Of a stretch of DNA of 64,000 bases, positions 21,059 to 31,190 are shown one piece after another. Made by a program: the position numbers and the translations under genes. Under the pieces are notes generated by a model. That model worked only from the letters and a program-made list of their open reading frames with translations, did no database searches and was not told the DNA's origin. The DNA comes from an uncultured candidate division WWE3 bacterium (lineage in GTDB: Bacteria > Patescibacteriota > WWE3 > UBA101185 > UBA10185). The stretch is taken from positions 96,762 to 160,761 of the forward strand of contig CAIRNR010000004.1 in assembly GCA_903879985.1 (NCBI GenBank), read 5' to 3'. How positions within the stretch are numbered: position 1 is the first letter of the stretch; the number at the start of each line of letters is the position of its first letter.

Positions 21059-21553
21059 ATGTCTTTTTCAAACGATTCCGTAAATGCAATTTGGAAAAGG
21101 TCTGGAGGGCCATTGGCAAAATGTTTTACATGCGGAAGAAAATGTGCCGATGGTTGGAATCTAGATGCAAGTCACATGGATCACACGAAAAATCATGATT
21201 ACGATGATCCTACGCGAGGTCAACTTGAATGTCTTTGGTGCCATCTGACCAGACACGTTAGATATTATTATGAGTATTGTTTAAAGGAGGATAGTTCTAA
21301 GAAAAGGTTGAGAGAAAATCGTTATATGTGTCATGCATTGGTTATGCGTATTTTAGCAGGAGAAGATCGGCATGAGCGCGGACCAGTACCAAGAACACAT
21401 AAAGAAATTAAGACAACAAGGAAAGAGCTTGTGGTTTTGATTGAAGCAGAGTTTAAAAAAGCAAGAAAAGCCGCGAAAAAGAATAACTTTAAGGAAAAAC
21501 CACTTATAAAGGCGGAGGAGAAAATCTTAGAACTTTGCTACATGATCCGTTAG
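21059..21553 (+). CDS. Putative HNH-like zinc-binding nuclease
   Basis: CFTCG...LDASH.DH...LECLWCH...H; SD-led. Confidence 0.6.
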   Translation: MSFSNDSVNAIWKRSGGPLAKCFTCGRKCADGWNLDASHMDHTKNHDYDDPTRGQLECLWCHLTRHVRYYYEYCLKEDSSKKRLRENRYMCHALVMRILAGEDRHERGPVPRTHKEIKTTRKELVVLIEAEFKKARKAAKKNNFKEKPLIKAEEKILELCYMIR

Positions 21554-21588
21554 GTTAGTTTTAGTTTAGCAGGTAATAGCTTTTGGCT

Positions 21589-22929
21589 TTATCTGCTTTT
21601 TTTGTTTTCGTCTGCCACAAACTTTATGACCCGATGTAAAGCTTCAACCATTTTTTCTTTATTATTAGTAAATGTCAGCCTATACCAATTGCCACAATCT
21701 TTTGGCATATCAAAAGCTTCCCCTGGTGCCAAAACAACGCCTGTATTAAAAAACATTTTCTTAAAAAAATCGTATGTAGTACCTGTGTGGTCAATTTTTA
21801 AACCCATGTTTATTCCTGCATCAGGTACTATTGCTTTAATGTATGGGGAGGCCTTAAGTTCGCTTAAAACTAAGTCTCTATAATCAATATATTCTGAAAT
21901 TGTTTCTTTTACTTCTCTAGTGTATTGAGGAAGTTCCTTGGAATAGTTGCCTATAATTTCAAATTCACGTGAGTTTTCTTTTTTTCTAGAATCATCTATA
22001 TCGTAACCGCCTTTCATTAATGTTCTTAGCAAAATATCTTTAACTATAAAATTATCAAAAACTGTGGGCGGACACGTATATGATGTGTCTACAATCAAGT
22101 TTAGTTCGTTCATTAATGCTTCACTGCCAAGAACATATCCCATGCGTATTCCAGGGGCTGCACGATCCTTAGAAAATGCTTTAACTCGTATTATGTAGTC
22201 TTGGTTTTGGTTAACAGACCCAATATTTGGTACCGGTTTAAAACCCATGTCGTAAAATATTTCGTCAACAATTATGTAAATCTTTTTTTCGTTAGAAAGT
22301 GTAACGAGTCTTTCAAGTTCGGTTTCACTAAAGAATTTTCCAAATGGAAAGCTTGGGTTGGTTAAAATAATAAAACGAGTTTCAGAATCAATACTATTTT
22401 CAATGTCTTCTATTGTTGGCAAAAATCCTCGATCTTCTTTACCACAAACCTTTACGATTTTAAATTTCTTCCAAAGTACTCCTTCGTATACAGGGTATGC
22501 TGGTTGGACCAAAATGGCGTTGCCTTTGTATTTATAATGCTGAAGTAATACTTTTAGCGACATGGAAAAACCACCAGTAGAACTAAGCACCATAGCCACG
22601 TTATTTTCGGTAAACCGATTGATACCTTGAATATAGTTTTCGTATTTGGCTATAACATCCCGAACAAAAGGATTTCCTAGCTGGTGTGTGTAGCTGAAAT
22701 AAGATTTTTTAACTGATTCACTTAAAACTTCTGTTAAACATGTGGGAATTGGAAACTCATCGCGATCTACGTCACCTCCACCAAGATGCATGTAAAACCC
22801 AAGTTGTTTTTGAATTTTTCCGGAATAGTCTAACCAATCCCTAATATATTGGTGATAGTATCGAAAAGCGTAAGGTACACGATTATCTAAAATCGTCGGT
22901 GTATAAGAACCTTTAAGAGGTTTATTCAT
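21589..22929 (-). CDS. PLP-dependent enzyme, aminotransferase class I/II (fold type I)
   Basis: P.YP.Y, NPSFPFG, VDEIFY, FSKD..APGIRMGY (PLP Lys), PG.AF, RLTF. Confidence 0.88.
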   Translation of the reverse strand: MNKPLKGSYTPTILDNRVPYAFRYYHQYIRDWLDYSGKIQKQLGFYMHLGGGDVDRDEFPIPTCLTEVLSESVKKSYFSYTHQLGNPFVRDVIAKYENYIQGINRFTENNVAMVLSSTGGFSMSLKVLLQHYKYKGNAILVQPAYPVYEGVLWKKFKIVKVCGKEDRGFLPTIEDIENSIDSETRFIILTNPSFPFGKFFSETELERLVTLSNEKKIYIIVDEIFYDMGFKPVPNIGSVNQNQDYIIRVKAFSKDRAAPGIRMGYVLGSEALMNELNLIVDTSYTCPPTVFDNFIVKDILLRTLMKGGYDIDDSRKKENSREFEIIGNYSKELPQYTREVKETISEYIDYRDLVLSELKASPYIKAIVPDAGINMGLKIDHTGTTYDFFKKMFFNTGVVLAPGEAFDMPKDCGNWYRLTFTNNKEKMVEALHRVIKFVADENKKSR

Positions 22930-22938
22930 GTTTAATTT

Positions 22939-24042
22939 CTAGTTAATTTGATCAAAGACCAGAGATTTATCCAAGTTTTTAGGATCCCTAATAAACGCTA
23001 TGGCCTCAGTTGTGCTTAAAATAGGAATTAAATATTTTTCACGTTCATCTAGGGCAACTCGTGGACAAAGTGTTGAAACTAAAATATCAAAATCTGTGCT
23101 ATTAATCGAATCAGAGTTAAAGAAATCTACCAGCACTATATCTGTTATGTATCCGCCTTTTTCATATTCTTTTTGAAGCTTTAATAATGATTCCATGCGA
23201 GATTGCCCAAACTTATTGCTGATTATAAAACCAACCTTTTTAGCTTTTTTAAGCTGCTGTTTGAGCGCTGTTAGTTTTGTTCTGTGTAGCTTCAGAAGTT
23301 TTTTATACTCATAAATATTCGTATCTCCTGACACCGGATCAAAGCATATAACATCTTTATGGGTAGCTAAAGACACAGGTAAAGCGTGAAAACCTCCGCC
23401 TTCAAACATTACAAACACGTCTACTTTGTCCATAACTTTTGTGGCCGAAGATGGATTACATCCTAAAACTTGACCTGCAAATCCAACGCGATCAGTACCT
23501 TTACCAACGAAAACATTTATACCTGCTGCGGTTAAAGCTTTTTTAGCTATTGGAACATTTTTAATATATTGAACTGAGCTTATTAATCCAATGTTTTCAA
23601 TTTTATTTTTACTTAAGTAAGCCACAGCTTTTGTAATTTGATCGTCGATACCGATTTTCATGTATAAAGGTACATAAACAACTTTAAATTTCTTTGGGAG
23701 AATTCTATTACTAATAGCAACGTTTCCAAAGTGAATTATTTTATTAATGCCTAATGTCTCGAATTGATAGTACTTAATGTCGCAAGCACCAAAGCAAGTG
23801 TCACCGGATAATATTATCTTTGTATTAAGAGATTTTTCCAGGTATGCGATTAAATCGTGTGAAAACTTTTTTAATCCTTCAGGGATTTCTAAGCCTACTA
23901 ATGCATCTTTTACAGTACCAAGCTCGGTTTTAATTCTATCTATTTCTAGTTCGTATTTGTCTAGGAAATCCTCAAAACTCTCGTAGTCGGGATGTAAACG
24001 ATTAACAAAAGGCTTAGAAGTATGATGATAAGGCTCAATCAT
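22939..24042 (-). CDS. dph2: Dph2/Dph1-family radical-SAM 3-amino-3-carboxypropyl transferase homolog
   Basis: IPEGL, GDTCFGACDI, IHFG, GQVLGCN, GGFH, K.GQ, LCPRVALD, PILS..E. Confidence 0.88.
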   Translation of the reverse strand: MIEPYHHTSKPFVNRLHPDYESFEDFLDKYELEIDRIKTELGTVKDALVGLEIPEGLKKFSHDLIAYLEKSLNTKIILSGDTCFGACDIKYYQFETLGINKIIHFGNVAISNRILPKKFKVVYVPLYMKIGIDDQITKAVAYLSKNKIENIGLISSVQYIKNVPIAKKALTAAGINVFVGKGTDRVGFAGQVLGCNPSSATKVMDKVDVFVMFEGGGFHALPVSLATHKDVICFDPVSGDTNIYEYKKLLKLHRTKLTALKQQLKKAKKVGFIISNKFGQSRMESLLKLQKEYEKGGYITDIVLVDFFNSDSINSTDFDILVSTLCPRVALDEREKYLIPILSTTEAIAFIRDPKNLDKSLVFDQIN

Positions 24043-24072
24043 TGGGTGTATTCTAGCACAAGATGTAAAGAG

Positions 24073-25089
24073 TTACTTAATGTTGTACCAACCGTCTGGA
24101 AACAACGAGTTTGAAACAGCCTCTCCGTATTCTCCTGTTTTACAATGGTTAATAGGTTGAAGCTTTATTTTTTGCCAACTTTGCACGCCTTGTAGAAATT
24201 CGCTTCCATCATTACTAACATTGGATATCTGCCATGGAAAGTTTCCTGTTCCGTCGTCTATTTTTATATTAACCTTATCAGCGCCATACTGTGTCCATGT
24301 AAGGAGCATTCCCGCTTTTCCTTCTTTTTGTGAGGATTGAAGTTTAATCCATGTTGGCGAATATGGCTTTTTCCAAAGGCAACGTGTATCTTTTTTAAAG
24401 GTTTTAACGTTTGCACTTGCACGTGATTCGGTCACTTCTCCCCAATATAAGCTTTGTGGATTGTTGAATTCTCCTTCTGAATTATTTAAGCCATTTAAAA
24501 TTGATGCGGTGTAGTTACCCGTGCCATCAGTTATGCCTACAGTTACTGGTTGAGAAAATTGATCGGGGTTATCGCCGTAGTTTAGTTGAAAATTTCCATT
24601 TGGATATAAAACTAATTCTGAGTTTACGCGTATAGAACTACCTAAAAAAGTATTTTCCCAACGTACAACAAATCTAGAAGAATTTGAATCAATATAAATG
24701 TCATCATTTGGGAAATCACCATTATATGTATCCATGTCAGCGTCGTTAACTAAGATTCTTTTAATTCCATCTGTATTATCCGTTATATCCATCTCATAGT
24801 TATCCATATTATCGTCATATCCTTCATCAGGTTGATCGCTAAAGGCAACGGATGAGTTTGATGTTACCCATATCTTATTGTAAGTTTTGCCATAAAAGGT
24901 AAATGGAAACGGAAGTGTGTATTCAAAAAATTCATCGTCTTCATGAAAATTTTGTGCTGTTCCCCCGGTAATAAATGATTGAGGTATTTGGTGTTCTACT
25001 GTGGTCTCATCGGCAGCATAGGCTAAAGGGCTAAGCGTGAAAACTGAAATTAGAGCTATGCTTAAAACGGCAGCAACTTTAATCTTCAT
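24073..25089 (-). CDS. Secreted NIDO-like domain protein with C-terminal 'TFKKDTRCL' FN3-like domain
   Basis: Signal peptide from ATG 25089; LPFPFTFYGKTY..IWV.SN; LYPNG.F...YG. Confidence 0.8.
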   Translation of the reverse strand: MKIKVAAVLSIALISVFTLSPLAYAADETTVEHQIPQSFITGGTAQNFHEDDEFFEYTLPFPFTFYGKTYNKIWVTSNSSVAFSDQPDEGYDDNMDNYEMDITDNTDGIKRILVNDADMDTYNGDFPNDDIYIDSNSSRFVVRWENTFLGSSIRVNSELVLYPNGNFQLNYGDNPDQFSQPVTVGITDGTGNYTASILNGLNNSEGEFNNPQSLYWGEVTESRASANVKTFKKDTRCLWKKPYSPTWIKLQSSQKEGKAGMLLTWTQYGADKVNIKIDDGTGNFPWQISNVSNDGSEFLQGVQSWQKIKLQPINHCKTGEYGEAVSNSLFPDGWYNIK

Positions 25090-25151
25090 AGCATAATAAT
25101 GATAAAGTTTTGCTGAGAAGTCAACATGATAGATGATGCTATAATTCAATT

Positions 25152-25718
25152 ATGACAAACCAAATAGGAAAACAAATAGCAAACGCAAATTTTGAGATTT
25201 ATTTCGAGGACAAATTCTCTAAAGTTAAGTTCACAGACTACATAGGAAAATGGTTAGTTCTTCTTTTTTATCCCGCTGATTTTACATTTGTATGCCCTAC
25301 TGAACTCAGTGAAGCGGCTTCCTTTTACGAACAGTTTAAAAACTTAAATGCTGAAATAATTAGCGTTTCCACCGACACTGTTTATAGTCATAAAGCCTGG
25401 CATGATTCATCTAAGGTTATAGCAACAATTTCCTATCCAATGGCAGCAGATAAAACCGGAGAACTTTGCAAAATGTTTGGTACCTATATCGAGGAAGAAG
25501 GTTTATCTTTACGCGGAACATTTATAATTGATCCGGACGGAAAATTAATTTCAAGTGATATTCACAGTAACGATATTGGCAGAAGCACCGAAGAAATATT
25601 ACGAAAATTACAAGCAGCAATTTATGTTAGAGAAAATCATGGTGAAGTTTGTCCTGCTTCATGGAAACCTGGTAAAGCTACACTAAAGCCAGGTGTGGAT
25701 TTAGTTGGAAAGATCTAA
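25152..25718 (+). CDS. ahpC: 2-Cys peroxiredoxin
   Basis: FYPADFTFVCPTE and GEVCPASW. Confidence 0.95.
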   Translation: MTNQIGKQIANANFEIYFEDKFSKVKFTDYIGKWLVLLFYPADFTFVCPTELSEAASFYEQFKNLNAEIISVSTDTVYSHKAWHDSSKVIATISYPMAADKTGELCKMFGTYIEEEGLSLRGTFIIDPDGKLISSDIHSNDIGRSTEEILRKLQAAIYVRENHGEVCPASWKPGKATLKPGVDLVGKI

Positions 25719-28409
25719 GTTATACCAGCCGTTAGGATATAAATCCAAAGAAAATGGATTGCCATAGTCACCTGACTTACAATGATTGATTGGTTTTATC
25801 ATAATTTTCTGCCAGCTTTGTACATTTGGCAAAAAAATATGGCCGTCATTAGCTGTGTCTGAAATTTTCCATGGATAGTTTCCTGTGCCGTCGTCTATTT
25901 TTATATCCATTTTATCTGCACCAAATTGAACCCAAGTTAAATTCATTCCTTGTATCCCGTTATTAGTAGCCGATGTAGCAGATATCCATGTGGTTGCTTC
26001 AGGTTTTTTCCATAAACATCTAGTATCTTTCTTAAATGTTATTGAATTTTGAGACTGAATGTTTGAATCATCTGGAGCTATTTCAATTGTATAAATGATT
26101 CCGCGGTTAGTTTCGCCTCCTTGACTGGTCATACCATATAATTTGTTGTTATAAAATTTTACAGATCCGTAAGGAAAAGCGCCTTCCACAGTACTACGCA
26201 CAAAATCATGTAATAGTTTAAAGTTTGTTCCATCAGTTTTGATCGAATAGATTACTCCAGCAGAACTACTACCTCCAAATACCGTAGTCCCATATATTGT
26301 ATCGCCCTCAATATAGAGTGGTCCAAACCAAGGAGTATTTCCATTATTAAGATCAGATGAAAAATCATGCAAATCCTTAAAGTTATTTCCATCAGTATCT
26401 ACAGAATATAGCGAACCTCCGGCTAACGCACCATCGTTAGAAGTAGTGCCATAAAGAGTATTACCTACAATTGCTAAAGCAGCTTGGGGACCGGTACCAT
26501 AACTAATGTTATTAAAATCGTGCACTATTTCAAAATCAGTTCCATCAGGATTTATAGAATATACTACACCTAAGCCTAATTCTCCGCCTCTTGCCGCAAC
26601 CCCAAATAATTTTCCTTGATACTCAACCAAACCACCAACCGGGTTATATCCATCTGCAGCATTATTATTTGCAAATGAATAAACTACCTCAAAGTTCAAT
26701 CCATTGGGATCAAAACGATACAATGTACCAACATCGTTAGCACCGCCAGAATAAGTAGTTCCATATAATTTATTGCTATAAAAAATTATGCTACCAAAAG
26801 GTTGTGCGCCATCTCCGACAAACGCACTAAATGAATGCAGAACTGCAAAGTTATTTCCGTCAATATCAACAGAAAAAATCGTACCATAAGGATTCACGCC
26901 ATCCATGTTATTTACACCATATATTTTCCCATTGTAAATTAGTGGATTTCCTTGTGGCATATCACCTTCACTAGCATCTATCATACTGTGAATCGCGCTT
27001 ACATGATTATTTGAAGGATCAAATGAAAATATTGCTCCCACATAATTAGTGCCGCCATATTCTGAAAAACCATATAAAATTCCACCTGATTCAGTAAGGG
27101 TACTTGTAGGATTAAAGCCATACTGAGACTCATCAGTAGCAAATGAATGAACCACGTTGTAGGTATAAGGGTAAGTTGTTACATTCACAGTATTTCCCGC
27201 TGAAACATCTTGATCTGTTAAAACATCGACTTGAACTCTATAGTTAACGCCGTTTATAAATGTTTCGACTACATGACAAGAAAATGTATAAGGATCAGAC
27301 CCTTCAAAAGTACATGAACCCATATTTGGTAAAACGTAATAAGAACTTGTATCCAAGTTATAAACAGAATATTTTACAGAGGTTACGTTACCTGCATTGT
27401 TATATCCGCTAATTGTTCCAACAATAGTGGGGTGTGTTTCTTGTGAAAGATCTGAATTGTGAACATTACTAACATCTATGTATGGTTGACCGGAATTTGT
27501 TCCATAATATCTTGCTACAAAATCAAGTTGATTGCCTTTTAATTCAGCTTTTGGAATTTTTACCTCGCAGGTTTGGTGTTTATAGCTAACTTTACTAGTA
27601 ATTCCAAAGGCGCATTTTCCATACGTATCAGTGTAGTCATCAATTCTATATTCTTTTTGTAATTCTGCTGTAGCCGGGTTTTGTGCAATAACTTTTAGCC
27701 AGTCAGAACCGTATTCGTTTGTATTATCACCTGTAATATCAAAGGCCATGTAAACATAATCAGAATCGTCTTTCATGTAAATATAAGTTTTAGCCGATGG
27801 ATGCCCTGTGGTTGAATAAAACATTGGTGAATAGTCGGCATCAACTTTTCCGTCAACCTCCGTAAGTAGTCCATCAACATTTAGCGATCCGTTATTTTTA
27901 AATGTGTACGATTGATAAGGTGTTCCCCAATCAGGAAATCTAAACGCATTTATTTCATACGATTCATATTGGTTTGCCTTTAGTGTTAAAACTGATTTAC
28001 CTTTACAAACACTCGGGATATTCCAAAGTAGTTCCACCGGCATATCATGATTAATAATAACGTTTTGGTCATCGGCACTGATATCGGCTAAAACGCTTTC
28101 GCCTGATTGTACATATTTTGCATACTCAGGTGTGATTGTTTTACCGCAAGCATCCAATTTTATTAAATCTATATCAGCGTAAGTTGTGTTCTCTTGGACA
28201 ATTTGAATTTTAACTTGTCCGTTTTTTGGTGTTACAACAAAGGTTTTTGTTTGATACGTGATTGTAAAAGGCTCCTTATAAATATCTGTCCATTTGCCGT
28301 CGGTTTCTTGTGAAATATTAAAAGTACCTTGTGCTGCTTTGACAGCGGGAAAAGAAAACAAAGCCATGATAAAAACTAATGCCAATGAAGCTCTCAGATA
28401 TTTAAGCAT
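25701..28409 (-). CDS. Large secreted protein with GloVer (Gloeo_Verruco)-type propeller repeats and C-terminal 'TFKKDTRCL' domain
   Basis: Signal peptide; repeated LYG.T..GG....G.IYSI..DG..F..LH.F units. Confidence 0.85.
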   Translation of the reverse strand: MLKYLRASLALVFIMALFSFPAVKAAQGTFNISQETDGKWTDIYKEPFTITYQTKTFVVTPKNGQVKIQIVQENTTYADIDLIKLDACGKTITPEYAKYVQSGESVLADISADDQNVIINHDMPVELLWNIPSVCKGKSVLTLKANQYESYEINAFRFPDWGTPYQSYTFKNNGSLNVDGLLTEVDGKVDADYSPMFYSTTGHPSAKTYIYMKDDSDYVYMAFDITGDNTNEYGSDWLKVIAQNPATAELQKEYRIDDYTDTYGKCAFGITSKVSYKHQTCEVKIPKAELKGNQLDFVARYYGTNSGQPYIDVSNVHNSDLSQETHPTIVGTISGYNNAGNVTSVKYSVYNLDTSSYYVLPNMGSCTFEGSDPYTFSCHVVETFINGVNYRVQVDVLTDQDVSAGNTVNVTTYPYTYNVVHSFATDESQYGFNPTSTLTESGGILYGFSEYGGTNYVGAIFSFDPSNNHVSAIHSMIDASEGDMPQGNPLIYNGKIYGVNNMDGVNPYGTIFSVDIDGNNFAVLHSFSAFVGDGAQPFGSIIFYSNKLYGTTYSGGANDVGTLYRFDPNGLNFEVVYSFANNNAADGYNPVGGLVEYQGKLFGVAARGGELGLGVVYSINPDGTDFEIVHDFNNISYGTGPQAALAIVGNTLYGTTSNDGALAGGSLYSVDTDGNNFKDLHDFSSDLNNGNTPWFGPLYIEGDTIYGTTVFGGSSSAGVIYSIKTDGTNFKLLHDFVRSTVEGAFPYGSVKFYNNKLYGMTSQGGETNRGIIYTIEIAPDDSNIQSQNSITFKKDTRCLWKKPEATTWISATSATNNGIQGMNLTWVQFGADKMDIKIDDGTGNYPWKISDTANDGHIFLPNVQSWQKIMIKPINHCKSGDYGNPFSLDLYPNGWYNLDLSN

Positions 28410-28452
28410 TAAGTAAATGATAGTTAATATGTGCGTATGTGTAAATGAAGAT

Positions 28453-29859
28453 TTATCGCTTTAGCTCAAGCTCACTAATCTTCTTAATAGAATCAACAAA
28501 TTCGCCTAAGTGACTTACTAAAATCACAGGACCTGCAAAGTTGTTTATGGTTTTAGCAATAACAGGGATATGTCTAAAGTTAATATGGTTAGTTGGCTCA
28601 TCTAAAATCAATAACCCTGGTTGTTGCAAAACAAATCGCGCGTAACAAAGTAATCCTTTTTGACCTTCGGATAATGTACCAATTTTGTTATTTAACATTG
28701 CGCCGTTTAATAAAAAAGCTGCAGCCGTGGCGTAAATTTTCTGACCTATTTTTTCTTGGGCTACAGAATACAACGAATCATAGCAGGTTTGATCAAAATC
28801 TAACTCTGAAAAATCCTGACTGTAATACCCTACTCTTATTTTTGGATTGATATCTGCAGCATCTCCGGTTAGCATCGCTTTTAACAAGGTGCTTTTTCCA
28901 ATTCCGTTTGGGCCTTTTATTAAAAGTCGTTCACCCTTAATAAGTTCACGTTCGATTGGGCGTTTGATTTTTATAACGTATCCTACAAATTCCTGAGATG
29001 GAATTGTAAAATCAGGAATAGTCTTATCTTCTTGGCGCATAACCACTAGTTCTTCACGGTCTTCGGCAATGTCTTCTCTAATTCTTCGAGCAAGGTGACT
29101 CATGGCAATACTTTTTCCACCAAGCCTGTTAACTTTTTCAAATCGTTCTTTAATACTTCGCTCAAGACGTGAGTTTAAAAATTGGTCCCTTTCTAGCTTT
29201 GCGGCAATTTCTTCCAAAACGTCAAAATAGTTACCGTCAAATTGTTCAACCTTTTTGGTATGACTATCAAGATTTAAAACACCCTCAGTAAAACTGTTTA
29301 AAAAGTCCGCGTCGTGCGAAATAACAATACAAGTTTTTTGATAGTTCATTAAAAAGTTTGTGATGTGCTCAATACCGTCTTTATCCAAGTTGTTTGTAGG
29401 TTCATCTAGTAGCAAAATGTCGGGTTTTGAAAAAATAGCGTACGCAAGCAAAAGTCGAGCTTTTTCGCCGCCAGAAAAGTGTCGCACCTTTTTGTCCATT
29501 GGCGCGTTAAAATTTACTGCGTTTAATACCTTAACAATTTCGCCTTCAATTCCAGCTTGTATGTCGGTAACTGCTGTTTTAAAAAAATCTACAACGCTGA
29601 GGTCAAGTCTTTCCTCAGGGATCATTTGTTCAGCAATTCCTACTGTAGCCGAGTCAGAAATGCTTATTTTGCCACTTGTAGGTTTAAGTTTGCCTAATAA
29701 CAACTTAAAAATTGTGCTTTTTCCTGCACCATTCTGCCCAATAATGGTTACAATCGAGTTTTTACGTACAGTTAAACTAGCCTCGTCTAAAAGAAGCTTT
29801 GTTTCGGAATATCCGAAGGAAACCTGATTAAATCTGATTATTACGTTATCTTCGTTCAT
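28453..29859 (-). CDS. ABC-F family ATPase
   Basis: Two NBDs (GQNGAGKS, GPNGIGKS; LDEPTN twice) and no TM segments. Confidence 0.9.
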   Translation of the reverse strand: MNEDNVIIRFNQVSFGYSETKLLLDEASLTVRKNSIVTIIGQNGAGKSTIFKLLLGKLKPTSGKISISDSATVGIAEQMIPEERLDLSVVDFFKTAVTDIQAGIEGEIVKVLNAVNFNAPMDKKVRHFSGGEKARLLLAYAIFSKPDILLLDEPTNNLDKDGIEHITNFLMNYQKTCIVISHDADFLNSFTEGVLNLDSHTKKVEQFDGNYFDVLEEIAAKLERDQFLNSRLERSIKERFEKVNRLGGKSIAMSHLARRIREDIAEDREELVVMRQEDKTIPDFTIPSQEFVGYVIKIKRPIERELIKGERLLIKGPNGIGKSTLLKAMLTGDAADINPKIRVGYYSQDFSELDFDQTCYDSLYSVAQEKIGQKIYATAAAFLLNGAMLNNKIGTLSEGQKGLLCYARFVLQQPGLLILDEPTNHINFRHIPVIAKTINNFAGPVILVSHLGEFVDSIKKISELELKR

Positions 29860-29947
29860 AGCAAGTAGCTATTGTACCAAATCTATGGGTTATTGGATAT
29901 TAAAAAGCGATAAATTAGGTTAAAGGTTTCGTATAAGCTTAGTTGCC

Positions 29948-30418
29948 TTATTCAGTGTAACGCAACAAAAAATCCGAATATTCCCTTAACTTAGAAGAAA
30001 GTACACTCTTATCTTGAGTTTTTAAGTAATCAAACAACATGGAGTATGTATCGTCTCTGTCTTTTTTAAGCGCCAACCATTCTTTTCTAAATTCAGGATC
30101 CTCATGCATATAGTTGCGAGCTAAAACGGTCATTTCGTTATCGTGATCGAATGAATCATACACACCATCAATCTCCCTGTTCAAAAATTCTGCCAAGAAG
30201 ATTACTTCACCTATTTCAGGAACTGAGGGATTCTGAGTTTCCTTAAGTTTAGTAATTTTTATTTCTAATCTTTCCAATAACGTGTGAAGATAGCCTTTAC
30301 TATCTACAATTCTAGATTTAACTAATTCAAGAGTTTTACCTTGAAGGTCTTCTTTAGAATAATTTTGCGTAGTTAAATCGTAAGCTTTTTTTTGGAATTC
30401 ATTTAATGTATTTTGCAT
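29948..30418 (-). CDS. Hypothetical helical protein
   Basis: Open frame; start uncertain. Confidence 0.6.
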   Translation of the reverse strand: MQNTLNEFQKKAYDLTTQNYSKEDLQGKTLELVKSRIVDSKGYLHTLLERLEIKITKLKETQNPSVPEIGEVIFLAEFLNREIDGVYDSFDHDNEMTVLARNYMHEDPEFRKEWLALKKDRDDTYSMLFDYLKTQDKSVLSSKLREYSDFLLRYTE

Positions 30419-30504
30419 GACTAAATAGTACGCGTTGCAGTTTCGCTGGTCCATAATTAATTTGATGGCCTATTAACGATCTAATGAGAATTTCGGGTAG
30501 TACT

Positions 30505-30870
30505 TCATCTTATAATCTGATGCTCAAACCATTGTTCTTGGAAATGAGTTGCTTTTTCTATTTCAGCGTCTGTAAGCTCAATGTTTTCTGGGACAACTAC
30601 CAGTTTGTCGTCATCATCTTTAAGTCTATGCACTATAGCTATAACTTTTCCTTTGGCCGTTTCTACGGGTTCATTAATACCTAGGAAATATGCGTCCAAA
30701 TCTTCCCCATCAGGTGCTTTAACGTCCTTTATATATCCATAATTTGCTTCATATTTGAACCCATGCTTTGGATGTAATGAACCCAATTGGCGGTCTATTG
30801 TAAGTTCAACCTCTTTACCTAGATATACCTCGGCTAATTTTAGGGATTCAGATTTTTGGATTTCATTCAT
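30505..30870 (-). CDS. Short inorganic pyrophosphatase (family I)
   Basis: NYGY, DGEDLD, DDKLV. Confidence 0.85.
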   Translation of the reverse strand: MNEIQKSESLKLAEVYLGKEVELTIDRQLGSLHPKHGFKYEANYGYIKDVKAPDGEDLDAYFLGINEPVETAKGKVIAIVHRLKDDDDKLVVVPENIELTDAEIEKATHFQEQWFEHQIIR

Positions 30871-30946
30871 AGTTGTATCTTATCAGAAAAGAGTCACTCC
30901 TACTTTGTTTAAGTGAAGAAATGTTGGTTTGTCATTGTTAAAACTA

Positions 30947-31032
30947 TGGTGGGCGAGACAGGACTTGAACCTGCACGGGTTTTACCCCATAACGACCTCA
31001 ACGTTACGCGTATGCCATTCCGCCACTCGCCC
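30947..31032 (-). tRNA. tRNA-Leu(GAG)
   Basis: GGGCGAG/CTCGCCC; TAACG-TTGAGGT-CGTTA; long variable arm; CCA. Confidence 0.93.
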
Positions 31033-31094
31033 ACGAACACTAGCGATTATATACAAAATTAGGCTAAATGACGAGCCTAAGTTTAACTTTAGTT

Positions 31095-31180
31095 TGGTGC
31101 CAGAGGTGGGACTTGAACCCACATATCCTTGCGGATACAGCCTTCTGAAGACTGCGTGTCTGCCATTTCACCACTCTGGC
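31095..31180 (-). tRNA. tRNA-Leu(CAG)
   Basis: GCCAGAG/CTCTGGC; CAGTC-TTCAGAA-GGCTG; long variable arm; CCA. Confidence 0.93.
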
Positions 31181-31190
31181 GCGAGTATTC

